A stretch of 56,447 nucleotides of DNA from IMG/VR virus record IMGVR_UViG_3300032092_000008; one strand, written 5' to 3'. The translations under genes were made by a program, and so were the position numbers. Source of the stretch: an uncultured virus (IMG/VR IMGVR_UViG_3300032092_000008) (taxonomy: Duplodnaviria; Heunggongvirae; Uroviricota; Caudoviricetes). The notes beneath the pieces were generated by a model that searched no databases, was not told the DNA's origin, and saw only the letters and a list, made by a program, of their open reading frames with translations. Position 1 is the stretch's first letter; every line of letters starts with the position of its first letter. Of this stretch, positions 19,995 through 30,694 are shown in pieces.

Positions 19995-21718
19995 TAATAG
20001 TCCCAACGTACTATAATATTCATGTCAATATCATCACGTTTTTGTACTGGCTGAGCTAATTTACCAACTGCTAGTAACTGTGCTTTATCATTATATAATC
20101 CAACGGTTGTTATATACGGACTAACAAAGCTACTGGTAAACATTGATTTAAATAAATCACCAGGGCCATTATACTTTTCAATATCACTAGTCGAGTTAAC
20201 TGTTGATGCCGGCCTATATGTAGCAGTTGGATTCATTGTGTAATTTAATTGGTCTGCGGGTACTCTAACCATTACTTCATTTTCATAAATTGTATGAGTT
20301 CCTTTCCATGAACCAGTCCACTCATTATTAAAAAAGCCTGAACCTGAATTGTACTTTCCTAATGGTGATGACACTACAATTTGTCCGTTACGGTAAAATA
20401 CATTACCAGCTACATTGGTTTGATATAATGATCCAGATAAATAATGATTATTTGATAATGAAGTTATCTCGGATTCTGTAACTGCATAATCATAAAATCG
20501 AATCTCATCTAGTTTAAATGGAAAATCTAGACTGTTAACAGTATTGTGATTGCCAATAATTAAATTAGCAAGATTTGATGTAGTGCCAATCGGCAATATA
20601 TCAGTATCAACCAATGTGTTATCAATATACATTTTAACATTAGTTGAATTATTTACTATGGCACAGTGATGCCATGTTTGTAAATTGCCCCAACTACCAC
20701 TTAATACAGTTGAGTTAGTTCCATTACTAGCTATAAACTGTACTACAGTACTACTACCACTTACTAATTCAATATGTATAGGTGTACGTAACTTGTTCCA
20801 TGCTCTTGTATTACTTGTATATGCTGGTACCGTAAAGTTTCTTGGTCTAAGAGTTCTTACATTTGTATTTTTTGGTATATACGGTTCATCAATTGATCCA
20901 TATTTTGATATTATACTAACTCCTGTATTCGTGTTTATCGTTGCACTATCAATATAATACCAAAATGATACTGACCAATTATCAGTTTTATTAAATTTAT
21001 TAAACAATGCATGATGTGGAACTTTAATATACGACATATCAGAGTGTTTAGATGCTATTCCTGAAAATATGTTATTACTATCTAAAACACCGCCTGTAAT
21101 TTCAACGTTAAGACATTGAGCGTTTAACTCTTGTTTATCCAAAATATACTTAATACTGCCAGTAGATATAGTTCCAAATTGTTTTTCGAATTTACGAAAC
21201 TCATCATTAAATGACATATAAAACATTAAATTACTAGCACTTGCAAAACTTGATGTATTAATATATGAATCACGTAAATTACCTTTACCATCATCTATTA
21301 AAGTAATTTGTGTATTAACAGGTGTTCCGTATATAGTAACCATGCCTGGTTTTATTTGTTCGCCAACGTCAAAGTATGGTAATGTTAATATACTAGCAGA
21401 ATAATGTAAATATTTTTCTGTGACACGATTGTTAGTTAACTCATGACAACGTGTTGCATCAAATGGATATTGATAATATCTATGATTTATACCTTTCCAT
21501 ACGACATGTTGATTAGTACCATCAATAATATTTATCGGATAATTATAACTATTATCTCCTACATGAATAGCATGTATGTTATGTAAAGCATTATGTACTC
21601 GATAGCCAGAAGATGAATATTCGCTATTACTATTAATAGTATAGCTTTTATATGCTTTAAATGGCCTTAATTGTACATCATTAGATCTAACTGGCCGGAA
21701 TACTGTTGGTATTGGCAT
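19994..21718 (-). CDS. Tail/baseplate protein with a LamG (concanavalin A-like) domain
   Basis: WSVSFW, WHHCAIV, KMYIDN, LIIG, LDEIRFYDYAVTESEI; C-terminal YITTVGLYND..LLAVGKL. Confidence 0.8.
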   Translation of the reverse strand: MPIPTVFRPVRSNDVQLRPFKAYKSYTINSNSEYSSSGYRVHNALHNIHAIHVGDNSYNYPINIIDGTNQHVVWKGINHRYYQYPFDATRCHELTNNRVTEKYLHYSASILTLPYFDVGEQIKPGMVTIYGTPVNTQITLIDDGKGNLRDSYINTSSFASASNLMFYMSFNDEFRKFEKQFGTISTGSIKYILDKQELNAQCLNVEITGGVLDSNNIFSGIASKHSDMSYIKVPHHALFNKFNKTDNWSVSFWYYIDSATINTNTGVSIISKYGSIDEPYIPKNTNVRTLRPRNFTVPAYTSNTRAWNKLRTPIHIELVSGSSTVVQFIASNGTNSTVLSGSWGNLQTWHHCAIVNNSTNVKMYIDNTLVDTDILPIGTTSNLANLIIGNHNTVNSLDFPFKLDEIRFYDYAVTESEITSLSNNHYLSGSLYQTNVAGNVFYRNGQIVVSSPLGKYNSGSGFFNNEWTGSWKGTHTIYENEVMVRVPADQLNYTMNPTATYRPASTVNSTSDIEKYNGPGDLFKSMFTSSFVSPYITTVGLYNDKAQLLAVGKLAQPVQKRDDIDMNIIVRWDY

Positions 21719-21727
21719 ATCATTTTA

Positions 21728-22978
21728 TTAGAAATCTAATTTCACTTTAATTAATGCTTCACGCGTAAATGATTTAAGTAATGGTCGGCTTAATTTAGCA
21801 ACGGCTAATAATTCACGACGATCATTATATAAACCTACTGTAGTAATATAAGTTTGAGGATCGTTAATAAATGTACTATATCGTACCTGACCTAATGAAC
21901 CAGTTACGTATGATGGATTATTACTATAGTTATATTCACCATTTTTTACACGTACAAAATAATATGTTGATTTCACTTGTTCACTTGAACGAGCTTGTAA
22001 TCCATAATTATCACCTGACGGAGCAGTATGGTTAGCAATTGATCCTGACAATGATATGAATAACTTCATGGCATTATCACCTTGTACTCCTGAACCTGTA
22101 ACAGTATTAAAACCAGCATATGTATTTAATGTATCAGCATTTAAAATTGCAATTCCAAATTGTGGATACATCAAACCAAAATAAACTGGACTTGATGGAT
22201 TAAAAATACTAGTACCTTCATCGATAGTACCAGAAACAATATTATAAACTTGGCCAGCTTCACCTACAGTTGCACTAGTTAATGATGAATCATCAATTAA
22301 ACGAACAACACCATACCCAGTATTACCAGTTTTTAATGGCGTTACATTAGAACCTGTATGCACATTATTTGCAAATACAGAACCAGATAAGCCAGCTAAA
22401 TTAATTTCTAAATTTCCCGGATCTAATTTTTCACGGAATCTAGCACGATTAAAATTGATCACATAAATATGATCAGTATCAGTACCGTTAATTGTAAATT
22501 TAGTATCTGTTGGTGGTAATAAAATTTGAGCATATTGCTTGTAAATAGCACGGCTCGGTGTATCATTATTAAGATTACCTGTTAAATCAGCACTGCCAGA
22601 TCCATTAAAGTGTCCATATGCGATAGAAAATTGCGGAACAGAATCTGTTGCTGATGTTGCATACACTTCTCGGAAATATGTGTTTTGAATTGCTGTCGCA
22701 GTTGATGAAGTAAAGAAGGTAGTTAAGCTTCCAGTACTTCCAGCGGATCCATAAAACAATCCACGTGTTACTGTTTCAACGTTATTAGCTAGAACATCAT
22801 CAACAGTATTAAATGACGTATAAATTCTACCATTACGTTGACGTGTTAACGCTTGTTCTCTTTCACGAACAATTTGGTCAGCTAACTGACGAGCTAATTG
22901 TTCAACCTGTGATGTTACCGCATTTGCATTTGGTCTTGCAAATCTACTTTGTTGTGTATTACGATCTAATGTTGCCAT
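21728..22978 (-). CDS. Tail/baseplate structural protein with a C-terminus paralogous to the LamG protein
   Basis: FVRVKNGEYNYSNNPS and YITTVGLYNDRRELLAVAKLSRPLLK; tail-module context. Confidence 0.75.
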   Translation of the reverse strand: MATLDRNTQQSRFARPNANAVTSQVEQLARQLADQIVREREQALTRQRNGRIYTSFNTVDDVLANNVETVTRGLFYGSAGSTGSLTTFFTSSTATAIQNTYFREVYATSATDSVPQFSIAYGHFNGSGSADLTGNLNNDTPSRAIYKQYAQILLPPTDTKFTINGTDTDHIYVINFNRARFREKLDPGNLEINLAGLSGSVFANNVHTGSNVTPLKTGNTGYGVVRLIDDSSLTSATVGEAGQVYNIVSGTIDEGTSIFNPSSPVYFGLMYPQFGIAILNADTLNTYAGFNTVTGSGVQGDNAMKLFISLSGSIANHTAPSGDNYGLQARSSEQVKSTYYFVRVKNGEYNYSNNPSYVTGSLGQVRYSTFINDPQTYITTVGLYNDRRELLAVAKLSRPLLKSFTREALIKVKLDF

Positions 22979-22987
22979 TTATATTCC

Positions 22988-23662
22988 TTATCTCTGTCCT
23001 GAAGGTGCGCCGGCTGTTACGGCAACTTCTAATTTAGCTACGTTAATTGTAATCAATGCTCTTCCACCAGTTTCATTTCCAATTAACAACAATGTAGCAG
23101 TTTTACTTGATAACAATTGTTCTTTTGCAACAATTTCAAATTGCATACCAGAAACAGTAACACTTTGAGCTGCTTCGGAATCACCAATAAATTGAGCCAC
23201 AGTTGGTGCTCCTGCTTGATTAGCAGCTGCTGATATAACTCTAATTTCAGCGACATCCGAATCACTTAAAATTGCAGTGTATCCATATTGCGCATTACCA
23301 TTAGTAAAGTTAACAGTAGTTGGAGAAATAAGAGCAGTTTGACGTCCTTGTAAATTTAATACAGTTAATCCAGCATCTACTACTGGTATTCTAGCTGTTC
23401 CTTTTGGTAATGTAACTAATTTATATTTCATCATTTGAGTCTCATCAGGAATAGCTTCGATGATTGGCATATTTTCAATAGCCGCGCCATAATACGCTGT
23501 TCCTAACGGATGTTCTGTATTATATAAATCATAATCAATTTCATCATCGCTCAAAGCAAATTGAGTAATTTTAAATTCATCTCTTCCACGTGCTAAAAGT
23601 TCACGGCCTTTCTTGGTAAGAATGGCATCAACTGTTATTGTAGAATTATTTAAGTATCCCAT
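22988..23662 (-). CDS. Tail/baseplate structural protein
   Basis: TVDAILTKKGRELLA...ITQFALSDDEIDY resembles the start of tail-collar fibre (P2 gpH-N-like) domains; Ig-like C-half. Confidence 0.7.
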   Translation of the reverse strand: MGYLNNSTITVDAILTKKGRELLARGRDEFKITQFALSDDEIDYDLYNTEHPLGTAYYGAAIENMPIIEAIPDETQMMKYKLVTLPKGTARIPVVDAGLTVLNLQGRQTALISPTTVNFTNGNAQYGYTAILSDSDVAEIRVISAAANQAGAPTVAQFIGDSEAAQSVTVSGMQFEIVAKEQLLSSKTATLLLIGNETGGRALITINVAKLEVAVTAGAPSGQR

Positions 23663-23680
23663 AATATTCCTATCTTTTTA

Positions 23681-23688
23681 ATAAATAT
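23681..23688 (-). promoter_or_regulatory. Putative late promoter ATATTTAT
   Basis: About 19 nt upstream of ATG 23662. Confidence 0.75.
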
Positions 23689-23702
23689 ATCAATAGATAA
23701 TT

Positions 23703-26700
23703 TTACCTAATTGTTAAATTACCAGGCTCGCGATTATTACCAGTACTACGATTCACCGGCGTATTTGTAAAAATTAATTGATTAGCATTTGTTTCATAAA
23801 CCTCAATTACTGGACTATTTCCAATTGCTGCAATATTTGAGTTTACATTGATATCTGGGCCTACTAAACGACATCCTTCATATCTAGGGTTTATGTATTG
23901 TAGTACTTCATCATTTTGAAAATTAACAGGTTCTAAACTAGAACTATAATATAAACCCAATGATTGGCTAGTGGCATGATAAGCATTTTTAAGTATTTTA
24001 TCTGAGGTATTAATACTACCAGAGTAATAAAATACTTTCTTAAAATAGCCTGGAGTTATAATTTGATCATCAATTTCCGGTCGTATAGCAGATGTATATA
24101 CTTTTTCTAAATTCAATGTAATATTCATAGAATTTATAACCAATGTAATTGCATCATCTGGACCAGCATTGTATACATTTATGGCAATGCCCAATTTGTA
24201 TGTATAAGCAGGTATGTATGTATTAGTAAATGAATATAATATCGGATCCGATAAGCCGCTATTAAATACTACATCTGAACTTAAATTAGATAGATAGCTT
24301 ATTATATTATCATTGGAATCTACTAAACACAATGAACACCTAGTTTTAATCGTGCTATCGCTGCCGCCTGAGTCTTCATAATCCATGGTCACGTTAATAG
24401 TATTATAACTAATATCATTATGATTAAAAACATTATACATTGTGATTAACTCAGATGTATAATCATTGACAGCTAATGACGCTGTTGTAGTCTGCAGATA
24501 ATTATCTATGTAAGGTAATTTTAAATACCATATGGCACCATCGATGCCGTTTTCACGTGCTAACCCTGCATTTAATTTATAAAAATTAGTTAGTAATGCT
24601 GGAGTTATTGTATTACCTATTTGATCAATTGGAACTTCTTCTGTTAAATAACTTGTCGGTACTACATGATCACGTAATATAATATTAGCCAATGTATTAC
24701 CAGTATCGGCGTAACCATTACTACCAGAATGATAAATACTATCGGCCGATACAATATAACTTGTTGATATTGATGCGGTATATTCTGGTAGGTATTCTGA
24801 GCTAGCAGTTGGCTGTAATCCAGTAAATGTTACTTCATATTGAGGATTTTCTACAGCAATTCGTTTTGTTAAAGCAATCTTATTACGTTCTAATGCATGT
24901 GGTTCAACCAAAAGACCCATGGCTTCATCAACTCGGGCTGGCAGTAATTGTTTTATCTGATTGAATAATGTGAAATCAAATTGACTAAATACTCGTATAT
25001 ATGCATTTATATCATTACGGTTAGTATACTTTTTCCAATATTCGTTACTAAACCCACGCAATTGCGGATATTGATAATCAAATTCATCATTAGGATTGCC
25101 AACATAATCATCTAATGCAATATCTCCAATATGATCAAAAATATCCTTATTAACTTGATCGGCTTGGCTATAGAATAAACCTAAACGATTTGTATCTATT
25201 GGTGCATAATCAAAGCTTGACCGTTCTGCTGTATTTGTTGGTGATAGTCTACGTATTAAAAAGTTATCTTCTAAACGTATTTTTTTAGACCTAGGTAATT
25301 GACCTCCCAATGATACGCCGTCAATATAGTATGTTTCATTATTTGGTACATATTGGCCACGTTCTGTGTCCTCAGCAGTATTAAATGTTGATACCAATGA
25401 TCCGCTATATGCAGCAAACGCATATGAATTACCGCCAATAGTTAATCCAGTATTTGTAGTGGTATCAATTGAAAAGTTTGTTATAATATGACTGGCTGGA
25501 TGACTTGATGTAATAACTAAACTAGTACTATGATCAACTGCGTTTAAATCACTACCAAATGGATAATGACGTACTAATGTATTATAACTGCCGGTCGCGC
25601 TTAATGATGATACATAACTAGTCGGATTAAGTGTATGTATATCAAATGTATTTTGATCTAATTCTTCTAACCATTCACGATATTCTTGTACATACATGTT
25701 TGAACTAGATACTTTAAATGGAAATTTAGTATATCCAACCATATTGGCATTACCGCCAATATTCACTGTACGCCGTACTTGTGATATATTGCCATTAGCA
25801 CTCCAATATGTATAATGATTAGGCCAATTGGGAGTAATTGATGCACTAGCTCGGTGTATTATTTTACCTGTAATATAGTCGCTAGCTTTTTGCACTTGTA
25901 CATAATACGTTGTATCCAAATTATCACTGGTATTATATGTAGTGCCGCCGCCGGTCCACCACCAACGCAAATTCCACATATCGCCATCATATAAAGGTAA
26001 CCAATCTGTACTAGCTGAAATTGCATATGGCGCAGTAAACCCAGACGATGAAAAATGAGATATCCATACCCTACCATAGTCACTACTACCTGAATACGAA
26101 CTAGTACGTTCAATTGTAATCCCAGACATTATCGCTGTATCCAAAGCTGTTTCACGTACACTCAATATTGGCATGGAATTTTTAACTGCTGGTTGAAAAC
26201 GTATTTCACGTGTTACTGCAGCCGCTCTTCCATTTGTCGAATCCGTAATACCTGAGTTCCAATTACCACTAGCAGTAAAATATTGTACTGGATAATAAAT
26301 AATTGACCCAGAAACTGTATCCGCTGTATATGAACTAGATATGTATAACTTATATACGAACCGATCTTCAATTAAAGCTGGTGTATCTGCATCTGGATGC
26401 GGTCCACCATACTCACGTATACTTAATAACGTTTGCGGAATTCCATACACATTCATCAATGCTTTTACAGACCTTGCAGTTCCTTTAGTTTTAAGTAAAT
26501 AAGGCAAATTATTAACAACACGACGCCAAATTTCAGTAGTTATATCATTATCTGATTTACTAAATAAACTACCAGTTGATGTAAAACTACCACTATCATT
26601 AATACCTAATTTATACTGCCATAAACTAGATGCTTGACGACCATTTGCTAATTTCCAGCCCATAGATTGCGCTATTTCATATAACGCTTCTTTATCCATT

Positions 26701-28115
26701 CCTAATTTAGGTTGTTCTTCTGGTCGGTATGTTCTAGTTAATGCATTAATGTACGTATAAAGTATATCAAAATGCTGGCCTATCATGTTTACAAATAATT
26801 CATATTCACTATTATTTGCATCGTTACGTATATGTTCTGGTATTGTTTTTATCAATGCATTTGCATTTTCTATATCGTAAAAAGATGCCGTTGATAAAAA
26901 TCCATTATACCAAGCTTGGCCTAAAGCACTTGCAGTTGTATGAACATAATAAACACTGCCAGATAAATACTTAGGCCATGGAGTTAACGCATACGTATCG
27001 GCTCCTATAAAACTACCAGATGTGCCATGTGTTGTTAAACTTGCAGTAGGCTCATAATACAGCCAACGTTCAAAATTATCAAACGTACCTAATAGATTTT
27101 GTTTTTGATTATTATAATTAGTTATGTTATTTGCAAATGTAGTATCATCACCAGTTGCATCATTCAATGTAGTTAACTGTGAATCATAATATTCTAATAA
27201 ATCTAATTTGTATTTAAAGTTTGCTAAACGTTCGTAAGCCGAACCATAGAATACAAAGTTATCAAACGCTGTATAATCGATACCAATATTTAAACTTTCC
27301 AGCGATCCTGAAAAATAACTATTAATTATCTGTTGTGATGATGCTAAGTTAGTATTTAATAATTGTGTCCAATTTTTGAATTCTGTTTCAGTGATAGTAT
27401 TATAATTACTTTCAATTTCAAAATTTGGTCCACGTAATGTGCTTATTTGACTATCCGGCGCCGTACTATTCATTTGTATATTATCAATATACGTATCGGC
27501 TAATTCTTCAACTAACCATAATGTATCATTTACAATAATATCATCTGATAAAGGAGAATATAGACGAACAACCATACTATTTGGTGTTGTCCATTCACGT
27601 TGGTTGATAATTTTATAAACGCGATTAAAGCCAAAATTTAAAGCAATATCTCCGTCAAATGCACTTGCATATTCACCAAAATACTTGTCAATAGCGCCAT
27701 CGTATATATATTCAACAGATTCATCTGTAAAAAATAATTGTATTAACGCCTCGCGCCGGTCTGGGGATATTTCTTTAACTTGTAATACAGGTGACTGACT
27801 ATTACCAATTAAATTTGAATAAATGTTTGTGGCTACTTCAAAATAACCACGTGGTATATTCAATTGTGCTAATGTTGCCGCATAATCAATTTGTATTTTA
27901 TCTTTGTTTAATTTATATGCAGATGTATCGCCACCAACTAAATATTCACCATTTTGTGAATAAACATGAACCTCAACAGATAAATTATCTTTAACAGTTA
28001 TTGTTCGCGAATCCAACATTAAAGATGGTAGTATATCATCATTCCAAATAATACCACGTTGTAATCCATTATTAGATAAAATACTATCTTTGTTTGAAAA
28101 TCTTTCTAATGACAT
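23703..28115 (-). CDS. Large baseplate wedge protein (T4 gp7 / P2 gpI-like core with accessory domains)
   Basis: 1470 aa; YLLKTKGTARSVKALMNVYG resembles the gpI/gp7 KGT motif; IKQLLPAR; three genes from gp6. Confidence 0.65.
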   Translation of the reverse strand: MSLERFSNKDSILSNNGLQRGIIWNDDILPSLMLDSRTITVKDNLSVEVHVYSQNGEYLVGGDTSAYKLNKDKIQIDYAATLAQLNIPRGYFEVATNIYSNLIGNSQSPVLQVKEISPDRREALIQLFFTDESVEYIYDGAIDKYFGEYASAFDGDIALNFGFNRVYKIINQREWTTPNSMVVRLYSPLSDDIIVNDTLWLVEELADTYIDNIQMNSTAPDSQISTLRGPNFEIESNYNTITETEFKNWTQLLNTNLASSQQIINSYFSGSLESLNIGIDYTAFDNFVFYGSAYERLANFKYKLDLLEYYDSQLTTLNDATGDDTTFANNITNYNNQKQNLLGTFDNFERWLYYEPTASLTTHGTSGSFIGADTYALTPWPKYLSGSVYYVHTTASALGQAWYNGFLSTASFYDIENANALIKTIPEHIRNDANNSEYELFVNMIGQHFDILYTYINALTRTYRPEEQPKLGMDKEALYEIAQSMGWKLANGRQASSLWQYKLGINDSGSFTSTGSLFSKSDNDITTEIWRRVVNNLPYLLKTKGTARSVKALMNVYGIPQTLLSIREYGGPHPDADTPALIEDRFVYKLYISSSYTADTVSGSIIYYPVQYFTASGNWNSGITDSTNGRAAAVTREIRFQPAVKNSMPILSVRETALDTAIMSGITIERTSSYSGSSDYGRVWISHFSSSGFTAPYAISASTDWLPLYDGDMWNLRWWWTGGGTTYNTSDNLDTTYYVQVQKASDYITGKIIHRASASITPNWPNHYTYWSANGNISQVRRTVNIGGNANMVGYTKFPFKVSSSNMYVQEYREWLEELDQNTFDIHTLNPTSYVSSLSATGSYNTLVRHYPFGSDLNAVDHSTSLVITSSHPASHIITNFSIDTTTNTGLTIGGNSYAFAAYSGSLVSTFNTAEDTERGQYVPNNETYYIDGVSLGGQLPRSKKIRLEDNFLIRRLSPTNTAERSSFDYAPIDTNRLGLFYSQADQVNKDIFDHIGDIALDDYVGNPNDEFDYQYPQLRGFSNEYWKKYTNRNDINAYIRVFSQFDFTLFNQIKQLLPARVDEAMGLLVEPHALERNKIALTKRIAVENPQYEVTFTGLQPTASSEYLPEYTASISTSYIVSADSIYHSGSNGYADTGNTLANIILRDHVVPTSYLTEEVPIDQIGNTITPALLTNFYKLNAGLARENGIDGAIWYLKLPYIDNYLQTTTASLAVNDYTSELITMYNVFNHNDISYNTINVTMDYEDSGGSDSTIKTRCSLCLVDSNDNIISYLSNLSSDVVFNSGLSDPILYSFTNTYIPAYTYKLGIAINVYNAGPDDAITLVINSMNITLNLEKVYTSAIRPEIDDQIITPGYFKKVFYYSGSINTSDKILKNAYHATSQSLGLYYSSSLEPVNFQNDEVLQYINPRYEGCRLVGPDINVNSNIAAIGNSPVIEVYETNANQLIFTNTPVNRSTGNNREPGNLTIR

Positions 28116-28117
28116 AA

Positions 28118-30694
28118 TTAATCTTCATCTTCTGTTGGTAAATAATTATCAAAAGTTTTACCTGGTAAATAACTACTAATTATTGATTTTGCTGATTCTG
28201 GCCATTGTATACCATACTTACCTTTTGATCCGACATTATCATAAACAATTTTTCTAAAATTTTCAACGGCATCATACATCGCTGTTAATTGTTGTCTGAT
28301 TAATGAATCAATTTCTCCGGTTGTATTAATACAATATTGTAAATCATCATTATTAATATTATTTAAAAAAGTGTAAAACTCCATTATACTAGTATAAATA
28401 TCAGATAATTCAGAAGCTTCTGTTGCATTAAGTAAACGTTGATCAATTGTTAATAATAAGTCAGACGCTTGAGCTATTGTTTCACGTAATTCGCTAATTA
28501 CAGCATCTGCATATGTTAATCTATTACGTACTCCACTGTTAGTAATTCTTTCTTCTAGAACTTTGGCAATCATTAAATTAACATACTCGCCGCGTTTCAT
28601 TAATTTTTTAAATCGCGTGTTATCCGAGTTTCTAGGTAATTGATATTTGCCAACATTATCTAATTCACGCAATTCCGATACTGCCCAAATTCCACCAGCT
28701 ATTAATAACGCACCAGCTGCAACCGCTGTTCCAACCGGTACAAATGCGGCAGTTGCACCAGCAACTGTACCGCCTACACCGAGTGCTCCTATACCCGTAG
28801 TAGCTGCTACTACACCAGCTGCTCCAGCGGCAGCACCGGCTCCTAAAGCTCCAATTCCTAAACCAGATAATATAGACCCGCCAGTACCATCTGACACATT
28901 AACATCTATTCCAGCTTCGCCGTTTGGGTCAACAACAACACCCCAATTTGTATGATTTACTAACTTATCTTCTTGATCACGGCCAATATTTAATGTAATT
29001 ATATTGGCTTTTTCAATTAACGAAAATAGATTTTTTTCTTCTTCTTTTGTTTTTAGTTCATCTTTTTTCTTTTTAACAAATTTCCAATAATCACCAGCAT
29101 TAATAATTTTATATGCGGGACAATTATCTCCTAACATTTTTACAAAATAACTTTCATATGTACCACTTTGTATACCATTTAATCTGTTACGAAATTCTTC
29201 AGTTTTTGTAGCCAACATTGGCCAATATTCCAAAATTTGTTCTTTAATGCTATCAAATTCTGCTTGTTCTGCAGCTTGCATTTGTAGTTTATCTAATTGA
29301 GATTGTTTATAATATCGTATACTACCTTTTGGCTCATATGGGTTTAAATATTCAATATCAAACGGTTGTCCATTATTACTTTGATTGTTTATATAATCTT
29401 CATATTCTAAAGGGTCCAAACGGTTTATTTCAGCAATATGAGCAAAATCGTCCCAAACGGCAGATGGCCTTTCATCTTCCTGTACATGAAGCACTGTCAT
29501 TCCGCCTTGTTCTACAAGTAAATTTAGATAACCACGTTCGCCATACTTACCTTGACCTGGTTGAAAATCTTTAAAACTATAACCATTTAACTGTGCATAC
29601 GTTTCCAAAACCCTTCCGCCACCATTACTGCCAAATTCGATTCCTTTCCAATAACCATTAATCATTAAGCGGGCGCCTAATACTAAGTCATCTGTAACGA
29701 TTGATTGATTTCCGACAACTGTGTCATTATTATACGGTACTGGCCAACTGTCAATAACCATTTTACCTTCGTACTTTGCTCGAAGTTTTTCTTTATACGT
29801 TTGTCCTTGAAATGCCAAATCAAAATATCTATCATTTGGATCTTCGTCTATATAAACATCAGATGCACCAATACCACGATATCCAATTGGTTTTAAATAA
29901 TCTCCTGGGTCACGTTTAAATGGTGCTTTTGGCCTATATCCACTTTCAAATCGCACACGTTCATTCCAATCTAATGTACGATCTGATAACTTACGAAAAT
30001 TAAATTCTTCTATAGGATTCTGTTGCTCGTTTGGTGTTAAGTCTCCTACAAATTTACCATCAAATATCATATCAAAGTTTCGCATATCATCAGTAGAAGC
30101 TTCACGTATTGTAGTATATGTTAAACCACGTTCAACAAGCATCACTTCTAAAGTTTTATAATTTGGTATCGGATATGCTATGTCATTATCAATATAATAA
30201 ACACAGAATATATTCGAAGCTATATCATCAGATGTTGATAAATTATTAATATTTTCTGGGCCACGTGTTATATATTCATGATGAAAGTCTGAAGGATTAA
30301 GTTGTATTTCTTTTGGTATTAGAAATAATCCAGTTGTTGTAGGTTGTCGTAATTGACCTGGTTGTGTAAAATAGTTCCATTCATCATCTAATAAATCATC
30401 AAGTTCAGTTTCATTGACAGTTGGAATAGATTTGTTAATAGGATATTCAGTATATTCAGTTACGTCTTTATAAACCGTAACTACATTACTATCATTACGA
30501 CTAGCTTTTACTGTATTAGAATCGGTGGCAGATATAATTGGCTGCGTAGTAGCTGTTAACTGTTCTGGTGTGAGATATCCATTTTTATAATATAGATCAT
30601 TTGGGAAATCTGCTTGCATTATTTCTAATAACGCTTTTGATTCGTCATACGTTTGAATATTTTCTTTTCTTTGTGTAAATCTATTTGTAGCCAT
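28118..30694 (-). CDS. Baseplate-module protein with a long Gly/Ala hydrophobic segment and coiled coils
   Basis: 858 aa; about 65-aa uncharged GxxxG/A-rich segment flanked by helical regions. Confidence 0.65.
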   Translation of the reverse strand: MATNRFTQRKENIQTYDESKALLEIMQADFPNDLYYKNGYLTPEQLTATTQPIISATDSNTVKASRNDSNVVTVYKDVTEYTEYPINKSIPTVNETELDDLLDDEWNYFTQPGQLRQPTTTGLFLIPKEIQLNPSDFHHEYITRGPENINNLSTSDDIASNIFCVYYIDNDIAYPIPNYKTLEVMLVERGLTYTTIREASTDDMRNFDMIFDGKFVGDLTPNEQQNPIEEFNFRKLSDRTLDWNERVRFESGYRPKAPFKRDPGDYLKPIGYRGIGASDVYIDEDPNDRYFDLAFQGQTYKEKLRAKYEGKMVIDSWPVPYNNDTVVGNQSIVTDDLVLGARLMINGYWKGIEFGSNGGGRVLETYAQLNGYSFKDFQPGQGKYGERGYLNLLVEQGGMTVLHVQEDERPSAVWDDFAHIAEINRLDPLEYEDYINNQSNNGQPFDIEYLNPYEPKGSIRYYKQSQLDKLQMQAAEQAEFDSIKEQILEYWPMLATKTEEFRNRLNGIQSGTYESYFVKMLGDNCPAYKIINAGDYWKFVKKKKDELKTKEEEKNLFSLIEKANIITLNIGRDQEDKLVNHTNWGVVVDPNGEAGIDVNVSDGTGGSILSGLGIGALGAGAAAGAAGVVAATTGIGALGVGGTVAGATAAFVPVGTAVAAGALLIAGGIWAVSELRELDNVGKYQLPRNSDNTRFKKLMKRGEYVNLMIAKVLEERITNSGVRNRLTYADAVISELRETIAQASDLLLTIDQRLLNATEASELSDIYTSIMEFYTFLNNINNDDLQYCINTTGEIDSLIRQQLTAMYDAVENFRKIVYDNVGSKGKYGIQWPESAKSIISSYLPGKTFDNYLPTEDED

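Noticed and set aside
6087..22470. Intragenic ATAAATAT copies (about 6087 in portal, about 22463 in a tail gene)
   Set aside because: Not positioned upstream of a gene start and expected by chance in AT-rich DNA
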